From Perna viridis (lineage: Eukaryota), in contig CM074518.1 of assembly GCA_037379345.1 (NCBI GenBank), positions 45,783,586 to 45,847,585 on the forward strand: a stretch of DNA of 64,000 nucleotides, read 5' to 3'. The notes beneath the pieces were generated by a model that saw only the letters and a list, made by a program, of their open reading frames with translations, made no database searches and was not told the DNA's origin. The first letter of the stretch is position 1; the number at the start of each line of letters is the position of its first letter. Positions 24,701 through 35,816 of this stretch are shown here, one piece after another. The position numbers and the translations under genes are program-made.

Positions 24701-27700
24701 ATATTATTTACATGTTTATACAACTCTTTTTCCTTATACATGTAAATGAAACTTAATAAATTTAATTCTTTAATACCATAGTGCTCTGTTGCAGATAAAA
24801 AAGGACTGTTATCTATGTTTCTCTTGTTCATCCGCCCCGTGCAGGTCCGGGTGTTAAAAGAATAGGCCTGCAGCAGCGCTAAGCTTGTCGTATAAGACGA
24901 CTAAATAGTGCTCAGAAACCTAGCCGGGGGCTAGGCGCTCTGCCCACAGAGCAACTGGGATGTGTCCCCCAGGTGGTGGAATGGGGTACCCCTGGCGTGT
25001 TACATGCTGGGGTTGTCAGGCTATAATACGGAAAACCTGACCGCAAACCATAGTGGTGCACCGTGTTGGGAAAGATGCCACCTTCCTCGCACGTTAAAGA
25101 ACCCTGCTGTGGTATTCGATAGGAGTAGGAACCTTTGCGCTCCGTCACAGGAGGCTAAATTGCCCGATCTTACCCATCCCCCCTTTTCCGAGTGGCAATC
25201 AAAATTTGTCGACCCTATTATCCTTGTGACCTATCCTTTTCTTTCATTTCATGTTCATCATATCATCCATTTCATGTTCATTGTCTGAATATAGCTGAAA
25301 TATTGCTGCTCGGACGTTAAACCCCAACAAACAAACAAACTTGTTCAACCTGTTTGTTATTTTACGATTGGTAGAAAATTGAAATCGTTGATTAGTTTTC
25401 TATTTGTCAGTTCGTATCTTGACACTTTTTGTGTCATTTATCCTTTGCAAATTGAAGCCTTGCAACTAAAATTCAAATAATACTGGTAGTAAATACCTAT
25501 TGTACCAGCTGGAAAGTATCTTATTGTCTTCCCAAACTTCTGCCTATTGTACCAACTGGAATGTATCCTATTGTACCAGATGGAAAGTATCCAATTGTAC
25601 CTGCTGGTATGTATCCTATTGTACCAGCAGGTATGTATCTTATTGTACCAACTGGAATGTATCCTATTGTACCTGTTGGAATGTTCCTATTATACCAGCT
25701 GGAATGTATCTTATTGTACCAGCTGGTATATATCCTATTGTACCAGCTGGAAGGTATCCTATTCCCTCCCAAACTTCTTCCTATTGTACCAACTGGAATG
25801 TATCATATTCCCTTCCCAAACTTCTGCCGTATTGCCCATGCATTGTCCTATTACGTCGGAAACATATTCAATTTGTAAAAGTTATTTAATATGTTCTCTT
25901 TGTTTAGCTTTCCTTCATGAGCATTGAAACAAAACATCTCAAACATTGCAAAATATAAAAATCTTTCCAGAACTCTTCAACCTTATAAATATTCTAAAAA
26001 ATAAATGAAAAGACGTATTAAAACAAAATAAAATAAGTTACAATAGTGAAAGAGAACCACATAGTGAGCATCCACATGGAAATTACACATGGCTTATTCT
26101 AATTAAATCCTGTTGCACCTGCATATAGAGTTTTTCATATTGCAACTCAAACGTTATACCAGAGCATACCGAAACCACGTGAACTTTAAGTACCGCGCTA
26201 GAGTTCTCACAATTAGGCTACTGGAACAGGGTAATGTTTTTTATGCTGCCCATTTGTGTTTGAACATTTCGAGAAAAAAAAACAATCGGAATGGAAGCAA
26301 AATGTTAAGCGCGCTATAAAACCAGGTTAAACCCACCTTTCATTTTGAAATGCCTGTACCAAGTCAGGACCATTGCGATGATTTCCAAATGTCGGTTTTA
26401 CCCTGATATTGTCATTTGTTATACTGACTTCCTTTTTGGCTGTTTGACTACTGTTATGACTGCCAGTTCGATATTTTTTTTCTTACCCTTCATTTGCTAT
26501 AGGATTAAAGCCATCATTACTAATGTTTTCTGTAGGTCATATAACTCGTTGGTCATTACAGTGTATTTATCTGCACAATGAGAACCGATTTGTTCACCGT
26601 GTTTTTCTTTTCATCTTTCGTCCACCCCAGCTTGCTCTACCGGTGTACCTGATTGGTGTTTAGTTTTTAGGAAAGTCCATCCTGTGCTGCTCATTTACGT
26701 TTGTTCTTTTGGTTATTTCCTGTCTTTGTTGTTTGCGTCTACTTTTTATGTTCAGTCGTTATCCCTGGTCTATATTATTTTCTTTTAATTATCGTTCTCT
26801 TGGGTTTCCTTCCCATATTCTAGTCGCCATATAGTAATGGTGTAAAAGAAAAGTATTCGATAAACTCGGTATATTTTATTACAATAGGTGCCATAGCAAG
26901 GTCAGAGTGTGGCATGAAGATTGGCTGGGGAAAAGGATTTAAAAACTTTGTTGGCTGTATTGACGAGGTATGTTACCATTACTGTAGTAATTTGATAAAG
27001 ATGTATTGTGGTATGAACGATTCTAAGAATATAAATACAAAAACAATCATATAAAAAAGAAAATATAAGGCAGAAACTGTAAACGAAACATTGTTTTATG
27101 TAAAAAATGATTATTAAAATTGTTAAGTATTTGCAGCTACTCAAATCTTAAAGCTCAAGATTAAAATTTACTTTCGTCATTGGAAGGTTGCATTCAATAG
27201 ACATTTAATAATGCTGTATAATGTGTAAAAGTTTACAATTTGAAGGAATAAATGTTTTGTTTGTTGTGCGGTAGGACGACCTACCATCATTTTAGTAGGT
27301 ATTTGATACAAATAGCCAGTAAATTTATTTGCCAAATGGATTAAAACTTTTGCCGAATCTGTTTGTCGCTGGCTTGTCACCGAGCAGTCTAGGGTTAGAT
27401 TTTCAGGGGCTAAAATATAATTTTGCGAGTCAAATCAACCTTTCCCGTTACATTGCATTGAATGAATTGATCTGATTGGAATTAAATGTGATGATACTTT
27501 TTTTTTATATATATTTAGTATTATCAATATAACTAAACGTGTTTTTGTACGTATTCTGTCATTCAAATATTAGACAGCGGTTCATAAAGAAAAGCAACAT
27601 TGTCATAATAAGTTCAGAAAAACTCCAACGATGAAATAATACTTCATATAAATCAAAAGCTAATTTAAAATTAGAATTGTCGATACCTAGCATGTATTAC

Positions 27701-27828
27701 CTGTACAACGAATGTGTTTCTAAGAATCAATTATCGAACCCTGTAACAAACGTCTCAAATAAGCGGGTTTTTTTTTTGCTTTCCAGATTTCAATACATAG
27801 ATGTCAACCTTCAAGAAAAAAAAACTAG
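6595..27828 (+). CDS. Gene A: Pif/LamG3-like chitin-binding plus laminin-G shell-matrix-type protein without VWA, with a large low-complexity domain (exons 6595-6787, 10432-10473, 11032-12870, 14866-15060, 15641-15853, 16867-17037, 17391-17737, 23542-23638, 26888-26967, 27787-27828; about 1072 aa)
   Basis: All junctions are GT-AG with compatible phases and sum to 3219 nt, open to a stop. The C-terminal half aligns module by module with gene B. The first exon is less certain. Confidence 0.78.
7703..7948 (+). mobile_element. Naiad-type PLE 3' end fragment with an internal deletion
   Basis: Homologous to the other copies; ends in cttgattactctt. Confidence 0.75.
9066..9303 (+). mobile_element. 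degenerate Naiad-type PLE 3' end fragment
   Basis: gtctaccccggac ... ttgatcactctt similarity to the family 3' UTR. Confidence 0.55.
10432..10473 (+). CDS. Gene A 42-nt micro-exon (GRRRRPVNTVPYSP)
   Basis: ttgttttacag acceptor, gtaagt donor, phase 1 to 1. Confidence 0.7.
11032..12870 (+). CDS. Gene A low-complexity exon (Lys-rich block, then Gly/Asp/Asn-rich block)
   Basis: 626-codon ORF; polypyrimidine acceptor ending at 11031, gtaagt donor at 12871. Confidence 0.88.
13396..14215 (-). mobile_element. Penelope-like retroelement fragment: RT thumb, Cys linker and C-terminal GIY-YIG endonuclease
   Basis: IPFSQALRLRRICS; CGDKRCECC; NVIYLLHCPICGLQYVGES...RLNGH; REGFWI..L....PHG. Frame-broken; lies in a gene A intron. 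Confidence 0.88.
14376..14530 (+). mobile_element. tRNA-derived (Pol III A/B box) repeat head
   Basis: A-box-like tggccgagttg at 14384 and B-box gagttcgagtcc at 14449; no intact cloverleaf seen. Confidence 0.55.
14866..15060 (+). CDS. Gene A chitin-binding type-2 (peritrophin-A-like) exon
   Basis: DICHGCKMDGGVGYTNHPTSCDRFVVC...CPYGLFWSQSALTC; 195 nt, the same size as gene B exon 4. Confidence 0.9.
15641..15853 (+). CDS. Gene A second Cys-rich chitin-binding-like exon
   Basis: EICKFQ...CRSFWECQAGKSVPKCCPWGYSFLDGIGC; tttcag acceptor and gtaact donor; not in the ORF track. Confidence 0.87.
16485..16690. repeat. fragment resembling a bivalve non-autonomous Helitron-type repeat
   Basis: GC-richer block gagacaag...ggccacccatgggtctcc...gcagcttgtccc; recognised only by recalled resemblance. 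Confidence 0.35.
16867..17037 (+). CDS. Gene A third chitin-binding-like exon
   Basis: VCDKRQIVG...WVKENCPPGWMYQIELCEC; gtgagt donor at 17038. Confidence 0.85.
17391..17737 (+). CDS. Gene A laminin-G (concanavalin-like) domain, first exon
   Basis: CVPEVYLPF...DYSGN...ACFDGKS...LVFNGDC, typical of Pif-family LamG. Confidence 0.9.
19752..19830 (-). mobile_element. 3' end fragment of the CR1-type LINE family found at 53370-57840
   Basis: gattgggcagcaggctaagcc is shared with 53404-53424. Confidence 0.6.
20778..21295 (+). mobile_element. Naiad-type PLE, 5'-truncated copy
   Basis: RT C-terminal remnant plus the 3' UTR ending cttgattactctt. Confidence 0.8.
21606..21778 (-). mobile_element. Naiad-type PLE 3' end fragment
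   Basis: Inverted copy of the 3' UTR, starting aagagtaatcaagg. Confidence 0.8.
23542..23638 (+). CDS. Gene A LamG exon (KKITDWRDVWIKFERGELIIQ...)
   Basis: ttgtag acceptor, gtaaga donor, phase 0 to 1; parallels gene B TGNWNEAYYVHDG. Confidence 0.75.
24831..25339 (+). mobile_element. SINE-like retroelement, copy 2, with (CAAA)n tail
   Basis: 8-bp TSD cttgttca (24823-24830, 25340-25347); homologous to 3504-4007. Confidence 0.85.
25496..25830. repeat. 24-bp minisatellite (cctattgtaccagctggaatgtat) with interspersed variant units
   Basis: About 11 standard units plus 3 cctattccctcccaaacttct-type units. Confidence 0.9.
26888..26967 (+). CDS. Gene A LamG exon (GAIARSECGMKIGWGKGFKNFVGCIDE)
   Basis: LamG C-terminal IG...F.G.ID motif; phase 1 to 0; gtatgt donor. 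Confidence 0.85.
27787..27828 (+). CDS. Gene A terminal exon (ISIHRCQPSRKKN*)
   Basis: ttttccag acceptor; parallels gene B VAIYLCRP; AATAAA at 27939. Confidence 0.8.
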   Translation: MSIHRCQPSRKKN

Positions 27829-28830
27829 TCATTTGCTGATGTGGTCAGCCTACACAAAGACAATATGTTCAACTAAGTGTCAATATCGAATTCGCAGACA
27901 ATTTATGTCCTACTTGTTACATAAGTGAGCCAATTCATAATAAATCATTATTTAAGCATGCAACATTTTATGGAAATGATTTTTGATGACAATTTTATCG
28001 CGAGCGTTTTGTTTTGTTTTGTTTTTGTTTTTGTTGTAATTTAAAAAAAAAATTTATTAAGCTCGCTATTTAAATTCTGTATTCAAATGAGCTTCTATGA
28101 TAGATAAAATAACGCTTAAGGAATACACACCTATGCTCTAATAACAATGTCATTTCTTCCAATAGAATTTGCTACATCTTATCATTAAAACATTTTTAAG
28201 ATCATTTTATATACATAAATTTATGTAACCGTTAAATATTGATAGTGCCTTGAAGTAGGTAGGTAGTACTGAATTGATCATGTGAAAGACATTGACAGAT
28301 TTGTGAATGTTTAAACATTTCAGGTTTTCTTGTTTCTATGGTTTCCAACTGACAAAATATTTATAGTACTTTAAAATGTGTTTATTTATATTGTTGCATG
28401 CAGTTTTATTATTGCAACATTGTCAACGCCTCATAAAAACTAAGGTGCCGAATATTATTGTATTTTCACATTTCTATTGAATTTAATTATCTCTCGATCC
28501 GTTTTATACCAAAATATTGCTTGTGAGATTTTTTTTTGTTCTCGGGAGAAAATAAGTTTTGATTTTATTGTAATGTCATCATAAAAAGTAATTTCTCGAC
28601 TTATCGAATAAAGATTAGGAGAATTTGAACTTGGATTGTACATTTTATTGTTTTTAGAAAAGAAAGAAAGAGAGTCAAACTTTAAAACTCATAAGTTATC
28701 ATATTTCTCCAATATCGAATATTTATTGCTGTAATTTTCAGCAAGACAATTAAGAAATCTTATAATGGCAATGTGAGAAACTCTTTTATGCTGAGAAAGG
28801 AATTTGTTTTGAAAATTCTCAATTTTTCCC

Positions 28831-29061
28831 TACACAGGCAAATATTTTGCACATGAAATTCATGTGAAATTCACATGAAATTAACATGATTTTCATGTGA
28901 AATTCACTAACACGAATTTCATGTGAACATTTCGTGTAAATTTCACGTGAAGGCTTCATTCACTGGAATTTCATATGAACTCTGTCACTTTGTTTGCTCA
29001 ATGCAGGTGAAAATCATGTGAAATTCGTGTGAAAATCATGTGAAATAATTTTGCCTGTGTA
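28831..29061. mobile_element. MITE with 12-bp TIRs and an interior of cacatgaaattcatgtg-type palindromes
   Basis: tacacaggcaaa / tttgcctgtgta. Confidence 0.75.
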
Positions 29062-31594
29062 TGATATATATGACTTATGAAAAAACAGTTGATTACAGTA
29101 TGAATACGTTCGAATGATTTATAGAACAACATACTGTGAATTGTCTTTATTATTGGTCCATAATAGGGTAAATCGGTCTATAATACTTACTACACTTTTT
29201 GGACTGGTCCATTATGATATCCTAATAAGAGGTTAACAAAAGCAATTCCTGTTAATCCAGTTAAAATGGTAGAGGTATTTTCCATTTCAATTTTGAACTG
29301 AGCCTATAGACAATGTTTTGTTAATGAAACTTCGTGTACACGTTGACCTATAAGACAAATAATAAATTTCAGCTGGTTCATAAATGTATATAAGTACTTC
29401 TCCGTATTGAAATGTCAAATTTAGTTGAAATGCACTATGGAAAAATGGCGGGAAAATTTCCCCGAACTTTTTCCTTGAATAAGCAGTCAAAAAATATCTA
29501 CGTCACAGATGCTTCAGGATAAATTTAAATAGCTTTAAAGTTGTTTTCTAGATGTATTGATTATATTTGAGGCAAAATGACCAAATCTGAGATATATGAT
29601 GTGCCACCCATTGCCTGATTCTTACACAGAATGGTACTTAACAATTTGTTGTTTAAAAAAATCCTTTCCTCGGTGTTTAAATCGTAAGCCTATACACTTT
29701 TCCTCGAAAAAAATAATTCTCACTTCGTACATAATTACCAATAAACAAAAACTTGTATATACTTAGATGATAAGAAAATGTGTTTTTTAACAAATGTAAT
29801 TGAGCTAACTATCAAACACGATAAATACAAGAACAGTTTTTTTTTAGTTTTTTTATTTATATACAAAGATATATTTAAAATACCCATGCAATGAAAGGGT
29901 GTCTGAAGTATACAGTTTCATGTATTCTTGGAATTGATAATCCACCCATTATTAGTGAACATTTATAGTTGAGAAGAATAAAACAAAAACGGGAATAGTT
30001 TTATCGTACACGAAATACATTCGAAAACATTTTCCATATTATACAGACTAACGGAAGGACTAATTCATCATTTTGGACTTCTTTATTACCTGTACATGAT
30101 AACATACTACTTATCCAGGTTAATAGGTCAAGTAATTAGTGTAATACGTGATGGAAACTGTAAACTATGTCAAATGGGCAACAAAAACAACAATATAATA
30201 ATGATGATAATAATAATAATTATAATCATTTTACTGATGAAGAGTGCAAAATATCGTGATAGGTTCCATATTTGTTCAGTTTATCATTATCATCATTATT
30301 ATATAATGCTTACTAAGCCTTTGGTCAAATATCAAATCTCAAACCTGGCTGTTCTTAAAATTGAATAAAATTAATTATGAATATGACAATACAAAATGCC
30401 CAGAAAAGATATTAATTTGTTACAAAATATGATTCTAGCACTCACATGATTATGTTTCTAATATTAAATCAATAAACCTCTATTATCATTTCTAAAAAAA
30501 AGTGTTATACTGCACGATTTTTATTTGCTTATTATTTTGTATAAATTTCTGCCGGTCCATTTCACGCTATATGAACCGCAAGTAAAATCAAATGGACCGC
30601 CTCTCTATCACATTCAGAACGTATCGTCATACCTCAAAAAGTGTATTTTCTTCAAGTAATATATATTTAACAGGCATAAAATAGCATATGAAAAATAGTG
30701 TATGGTGTCGAGATTCAAATTGCATGAAATGGATTAGTTGTTCGCCCCAGAAAAGTTTTTGGCGACCAACCCGTCCATATAAGGCTATTTGACCCACAGT
30801 GTCAATAGCTATTTACTAATTGCACAATACTGATTAGTCAAACAAAACTTTCAAAGGAGATAAGAAATTAAACAACACTTACTTTCCCAATTCAAACGCG
30901 TATATTTATTGAATTCAGTCCCAGAGAACACTGATAATTACAAATATGCTCAGAATCGCTGTTTCCATTAACCTTTAAAAAATAGAAAATAACCAAGAAA
31001 ACAAGCTTCAAGTATAATATAATGGAACAAGAAACTTTCTAATTTTAATGATGTCAAGACAGAAAGCATTTCGTTCAATATTTTTACACATTTATGTTTT
31101 ATTCTCTTGAGAATGCCATTTCAATATTTTTAAAGATATGTGGAGCGAAAAACGAATTCACATTTTTCAACAACGGATTGTGATTATGATTTCTGACGAA
31201 AATATTTGATTATAATTCTGTGGAGAGTTTACACTACAAATTTTGCAATACGACTGACTTTATTTTACTTTTAGGTAAAAAAAAGTGTGTGTTTGAGTTC
31301 ACACATTTTTCAAATTGTCGAAAAAAGATTTATCACATTACCTTGGCATTTTGAAAAATATCAAGGAAATATTTGCAATTTAAAGGGTTTTAGGTGCATT
31401 CAAAGTTTTTTTCTATGAAATTTAAACGGGGATGCGTACTTTCATTTTTGCAGTAGTATAGTTAATTACATTAAAACACAATGTATTGTAACACATTTTC
31501 AACGAGGGCATGCCTGATACAAACAAGCTCTTCTTTGAGAGAGGTGATATTGTTGGTAGTACATCTCCTACAAAACAGTATGAAATGTAGTTTT

Positions 31595-32098
31595 CAACAT
31601 CCCTTCAGCACCTGCGTATGGAGTGTTTATATCACAACTCACACGTTATGCCAGAGCTTGTCGATATTACGCAGACTTTTTGTATCGTGCTAGAATGCTA
31701 ATAAATAGGCTTCTGGAACAGGGTTATGTTGCTACAAGATTGAAGTCATCACTACAGAAGTTTTATGGTCGTCATCATGAAGTCGTGGATCGTTATGGTG
31801 TATCCATCTGCACCATGAAAACTGATTTATTCAACGTCTCATAGTTTTCCTTTCCTCTTTCGTCTACACTGGACTTGGCTTTTTATGAGCAGTTCGGTGG
31901 GTGTTTCTAGAAAAGCAGAGGACGCTTACCCTACCGGTGCACCTGGTCCATGCTCCCAGTTTTTAGTGGAGTCCGAGTTGCTCATTTACTTTTGTTAGTT
32001 TGTATGTATGATTTTAGTTACTTTATGTTCTTTGTTGTGTATGTCTGTTTTCTGCATTTTTTTGATTACCGCTATTACCTTGGTTCCCTTGATTACTC
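31595..32098 (+). mobile_element. Naiad-type PLE, 5'-truncated copy
   Basis: FISQLTRYARAC...KFYGRHH...MKTDLFNVS* plus the 3' UTR. Confidence 0.85.
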
Positions 32099-34350
32099 GT
32101 TCTACGAAAATAAAACCCATAACATGAAATGAACTTTATTTTCTCGCGTCTAATATTCGAAAATAAACTGGAGATTTTACACAGAAAAGCCACAAGTGAC
32201 GGAAAACAATCCAAGAATTAAAAATAAAACAAACAGGATTATAAGACGGACTTTAAAATAGTTGCAACGCATATCATCACAAGTACTACTAAATGCTATT
32301 AGTTCAATATGAAACACAAAGTTCATATTTTCTCCGGATGTTCAAAATTCAGCAAACTGGTTTACCACAAACCAGAAACTAAACAGCTCAGACGACGTCC
32401 TTTATAGTTTAAGGTCATGAAACTTTTCAAATGATGAACTGAAATGGAATTTATTGTTTTTATCATATTGAAAACATTCCTCTCCGCAAGTGCAGAATGT
32501 TGGATTGGGTTTGTAAGACACTTGAAATCGCACATCCTTCTCATAACCTTAAATAACTGTCTACATGTCCTAAAACAAGAATTCCATAATTGAACACATC
32601 ACTCGGATTTTAACAATTTCTTAATTGAAATTGTCACGTTTCTCGTCACTAAGAATTTACAACAACACTGCAAACAACATGGAGTCAAAGAAATAAAAAT
32701 GCTATAAAGTGTGAAACCTTCCGAAAAGAAGCAATACTATCAACAATATACAACACTGCCAAGATAAATATAGTAACGTCAACCATGGGATGATTCAAAT
32801 ACGTCAAAATCCCACAACACGGCCTTAATATGAACACATGCAACAGAGACGATCTATATACACAATGTAGCGAACCAAATAAAATACACATAAAAACTAA
32901 AGATAATGGAAACAAAAATGTAACATAGAGCACTAGTAATATAACTCAATATTTCCAAGAAAAAAATGGGAGTGACTTCATGTACTCCGGAACTGTGATA
33001 AGTTTACCCGTTGACTAAATGTGTAGACTGCTTTTGATCATTTTGTAAGGCGTAGTGATACTTGTGGTCAGGTAAAAATGTCATAAGCAACATATCTGCA
33101 AAATATCACTATTTTTGTCAAGTATTTAGTATTTGAGCATCTGTTTCTACACGGTTGGAGAGAAAGGCATGCTAAATAAAACATGCGTTTCATCTTAATT
33201 AGATCACCGAAATACGTCCTGGACAATACCTTGACACATTGATCCTAGGCATGAAAACCAGTTTCTTTTATTATCTACAAATCGATATCGCAAAAGAACG
33301 AACATTAAGATGGTGTCCATGGAAGACCTAGTTTGTGGGTGGCACAAACTGAAGTTTTCTGAAACGCAAAAAAGAATGTAGGCTTGAAATGTAATGAAAT
33401 TATAAGAATGACATAGATTATAAAGAAAACAATGTAAAATTTGAAATTAGGGGAAATCTATTCATAATTATGTTGGAGTATTAGGGAATTTTAACATATA
33501 TCTTAGTCAATGAAAAATTCCTGTTATCTCTGATATGACAATAAGTTTGGCATTCGAACAAAACAAATGTGAAATAAGTTTTGTTATGCAGCGCCTTTTT
33601 AATCAGGAACTGTCTGTTTTCTACATGATAGTCTGTTAATATCATAAGTCATACATTAGAAATAGTAAATTAATGCTAAATTACTAATGCAATAACCTGT
33701 TTAAACTGCTGCAAATGACATTGTTCAGGTAAAAACAATGACATTTACTAAGAAATTTCGTTTAATAAAGCGTGCTTTTGTGCTTAAAGTTGTAATGGGA
33801 GTCTATGCAAAAGCCAGGCAGTGGATGGAAAATGAAAAAAAACCTGACGCAGGAAAAATAGTTAAATTTTGAGTTACATCTTATTCAAATGTCTAGAAAC
33901 CTATCCTTTGTAGAAAGATAAAAAATGCCAAATATTATTCGTACCCTGCATGTTTGATAAAAGGACATATTCCTCAAGTCACAATTTCTTTCGCGTCAAT
34001 TCGCTGACAGTTAACTGACGGTATAAGTTTCAAAATAAAGAACACATACAAAACCTTTATTAAATATACAAAGACAAACAGAATAGGCATACAGTATTTC
34101 ATACATTTAATGTTTTCAATGAATCATGAAAGGAAAACTAAAGAGGACAGAGATGAACAAAAACAAAAATTATAGAGCTTTAATTTCAGGTTTTAAGAAT
34201 ATGATCACATTCAAACATGTTATCCTACATGCACAAGCTCTAACGGATGGCGTTAAATTTGTTGACAGTCCTCCCAATCTCGGGTAAAAGTGAACGATTT
34301 AATGCGATGTTTTTTTTTCGATTGTCACACCGACAACTGATTTCAATAGT

Positions 34351-34890
34351 TGACGTATTATCTTTAAACAATCCTAATTTCGGGGCTTTGATACATCGCA
34401 TCTACCCAAAAGAACTTAAGATAAAGAATACTACAGACACTTTGAAGTCAGCCCCATATCTTGACCTACACTTAGAAATCGATGGTAAAAGAAAACTATT
34501 GACCAAACTTTACGACAAACGTGATGACTTTTCATTCAAAATTATTAAGTTTCCTTTCGTCTGTGGCAACATCCCTTCAGCACCTACGTATGGAGTTTTC
34601 ATATCACAACTCATACGTTATGCCAGAGCTGGTCGAAACTAAGCAGACTTTTTGTATCGCGCTAGAACTCTAACAAAGTCATCACTACAGAAGTTTTATG
34701 GTCGTCATAATGAAGTCGTGGATCGTTATTGTGTATCCATCTGCACCATGAAAACTGATTTATTCAACGGGTCATAGATTTCCTTTCCTCGTTTGTCTAC
34801 CCCGGACTTGACTTTGTATGAGCAACTCGGCGGGTGTTTCTAGAAAAGCAGAGGACGCTTACCCTACCGGTGCACCTGGTCCATGCTCCC
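34351..34890 (+). mobile_element. Naiad-type PLE fragment, truncated at both ends
   Basis: DVLSLNNPNFG...YDKRDDFSF...NIPSAPTYGVFISQLIRYARA. Confidence 0.85.
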
Positions 34891-35551
34891 AATAAAGGAC
34901 TCCAAGATAGAGGAGCTTATCATAAGTAAAATAAATGTTTATTAACTCAAGGTAACAGCGAGTTAAAACCTTAAGAGCAAGGCATTTGATCGTTCGATAT
35001 TAAATTTCAACGTAAGAATCATCGTGATGAATAAATAATCAATAGAAAAAAATGTGCAATGCTTAGATCTCGAAAATGATAGTTTATCGTTAAAAGTGAC
35101 CAATTTAACCAGATGATTAATTTCACAAATTTCTGCAAAAGTACATTTTGGGAAGTTTCATACGACTTTAAACTCTAAAATAATAGGCCTTTCTTTAGAT
35201 GTGACCACTTTTAACATGATAATTACATGCAATTGTGTAAAAGTACACCAGTTTGCTGTCTTCGCCATATTTGCACGTATTAAATCATCTTATCTCTCCG
35301 TCATTAATTGCAAGGCCCGATTTTCTACTCGAAAGGTTGAATAAAGCCAAGATGTTATACTCCCACTATTGTATCGTTTCACTTCATTTGTATACGTCAA
35401 AATGTACTAACACCACAAACCATTTGTCAAAATATATTCGAATACAGTAATGTATCACCATTGCATGTAATGTGCTATTTTTAGAACAATTGTAATGCAA
35501 ACGTGAAAACTACCACCTATTTGGGATCTTTAATTTGCTAACCTGAGATTA

Positions 35552-35581
35552 TGACGTAACGTTTGCCGCGGATTTACGTCA
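35552..35581. promoter_or_regulatory. inverted pair of CRE/bZIP-like octamers upstream of gene B
   Basis: TGACGTAA (35552-35559) and its reverse complement TTACGTCA (35574-35581), about 160-190 nt before the ATG. Confidence 0.35.
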
Positions 35582-35737
35582 CAAATATAGGCTTATTGAC
35601 TACTTTGGGTCGGACAAGGAAATATTAGTTTGCAAAATAATTGAAAAGATTTTGGTATATATTTGGCTTTTGATTCAACCTTAATCATAATTCAAAAGGT
35701 TTAACTTATAGCAGACCATCTTTATTTAAATTTAACA

Positions 35738-35816
35738 ATGTTTGGAAATTTGAAAAGCAATGTGCTCTGTACATTATGCAGTATAATATTATTCATAAGC
35801 GTTGTATCTTCAAAAG
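35738..35816 (+). CDS. Gene B exon 1, signal peptide (MFGNLKSNVLCTLCSIILFISVVSSK)
   Basis: Hydrophobic core; gtatgt donor, phase 1. Confidence 0.8.

Noticed and set aside
25496-25830. CRISPR-like appearance (palindromic 24-bp repeats) and overlapping ORFs
   Set aside because: No unique spacers, no cas genes and a eukaryotic intron context; the ORFs are by-products of a repeat whose period is divisible by 3
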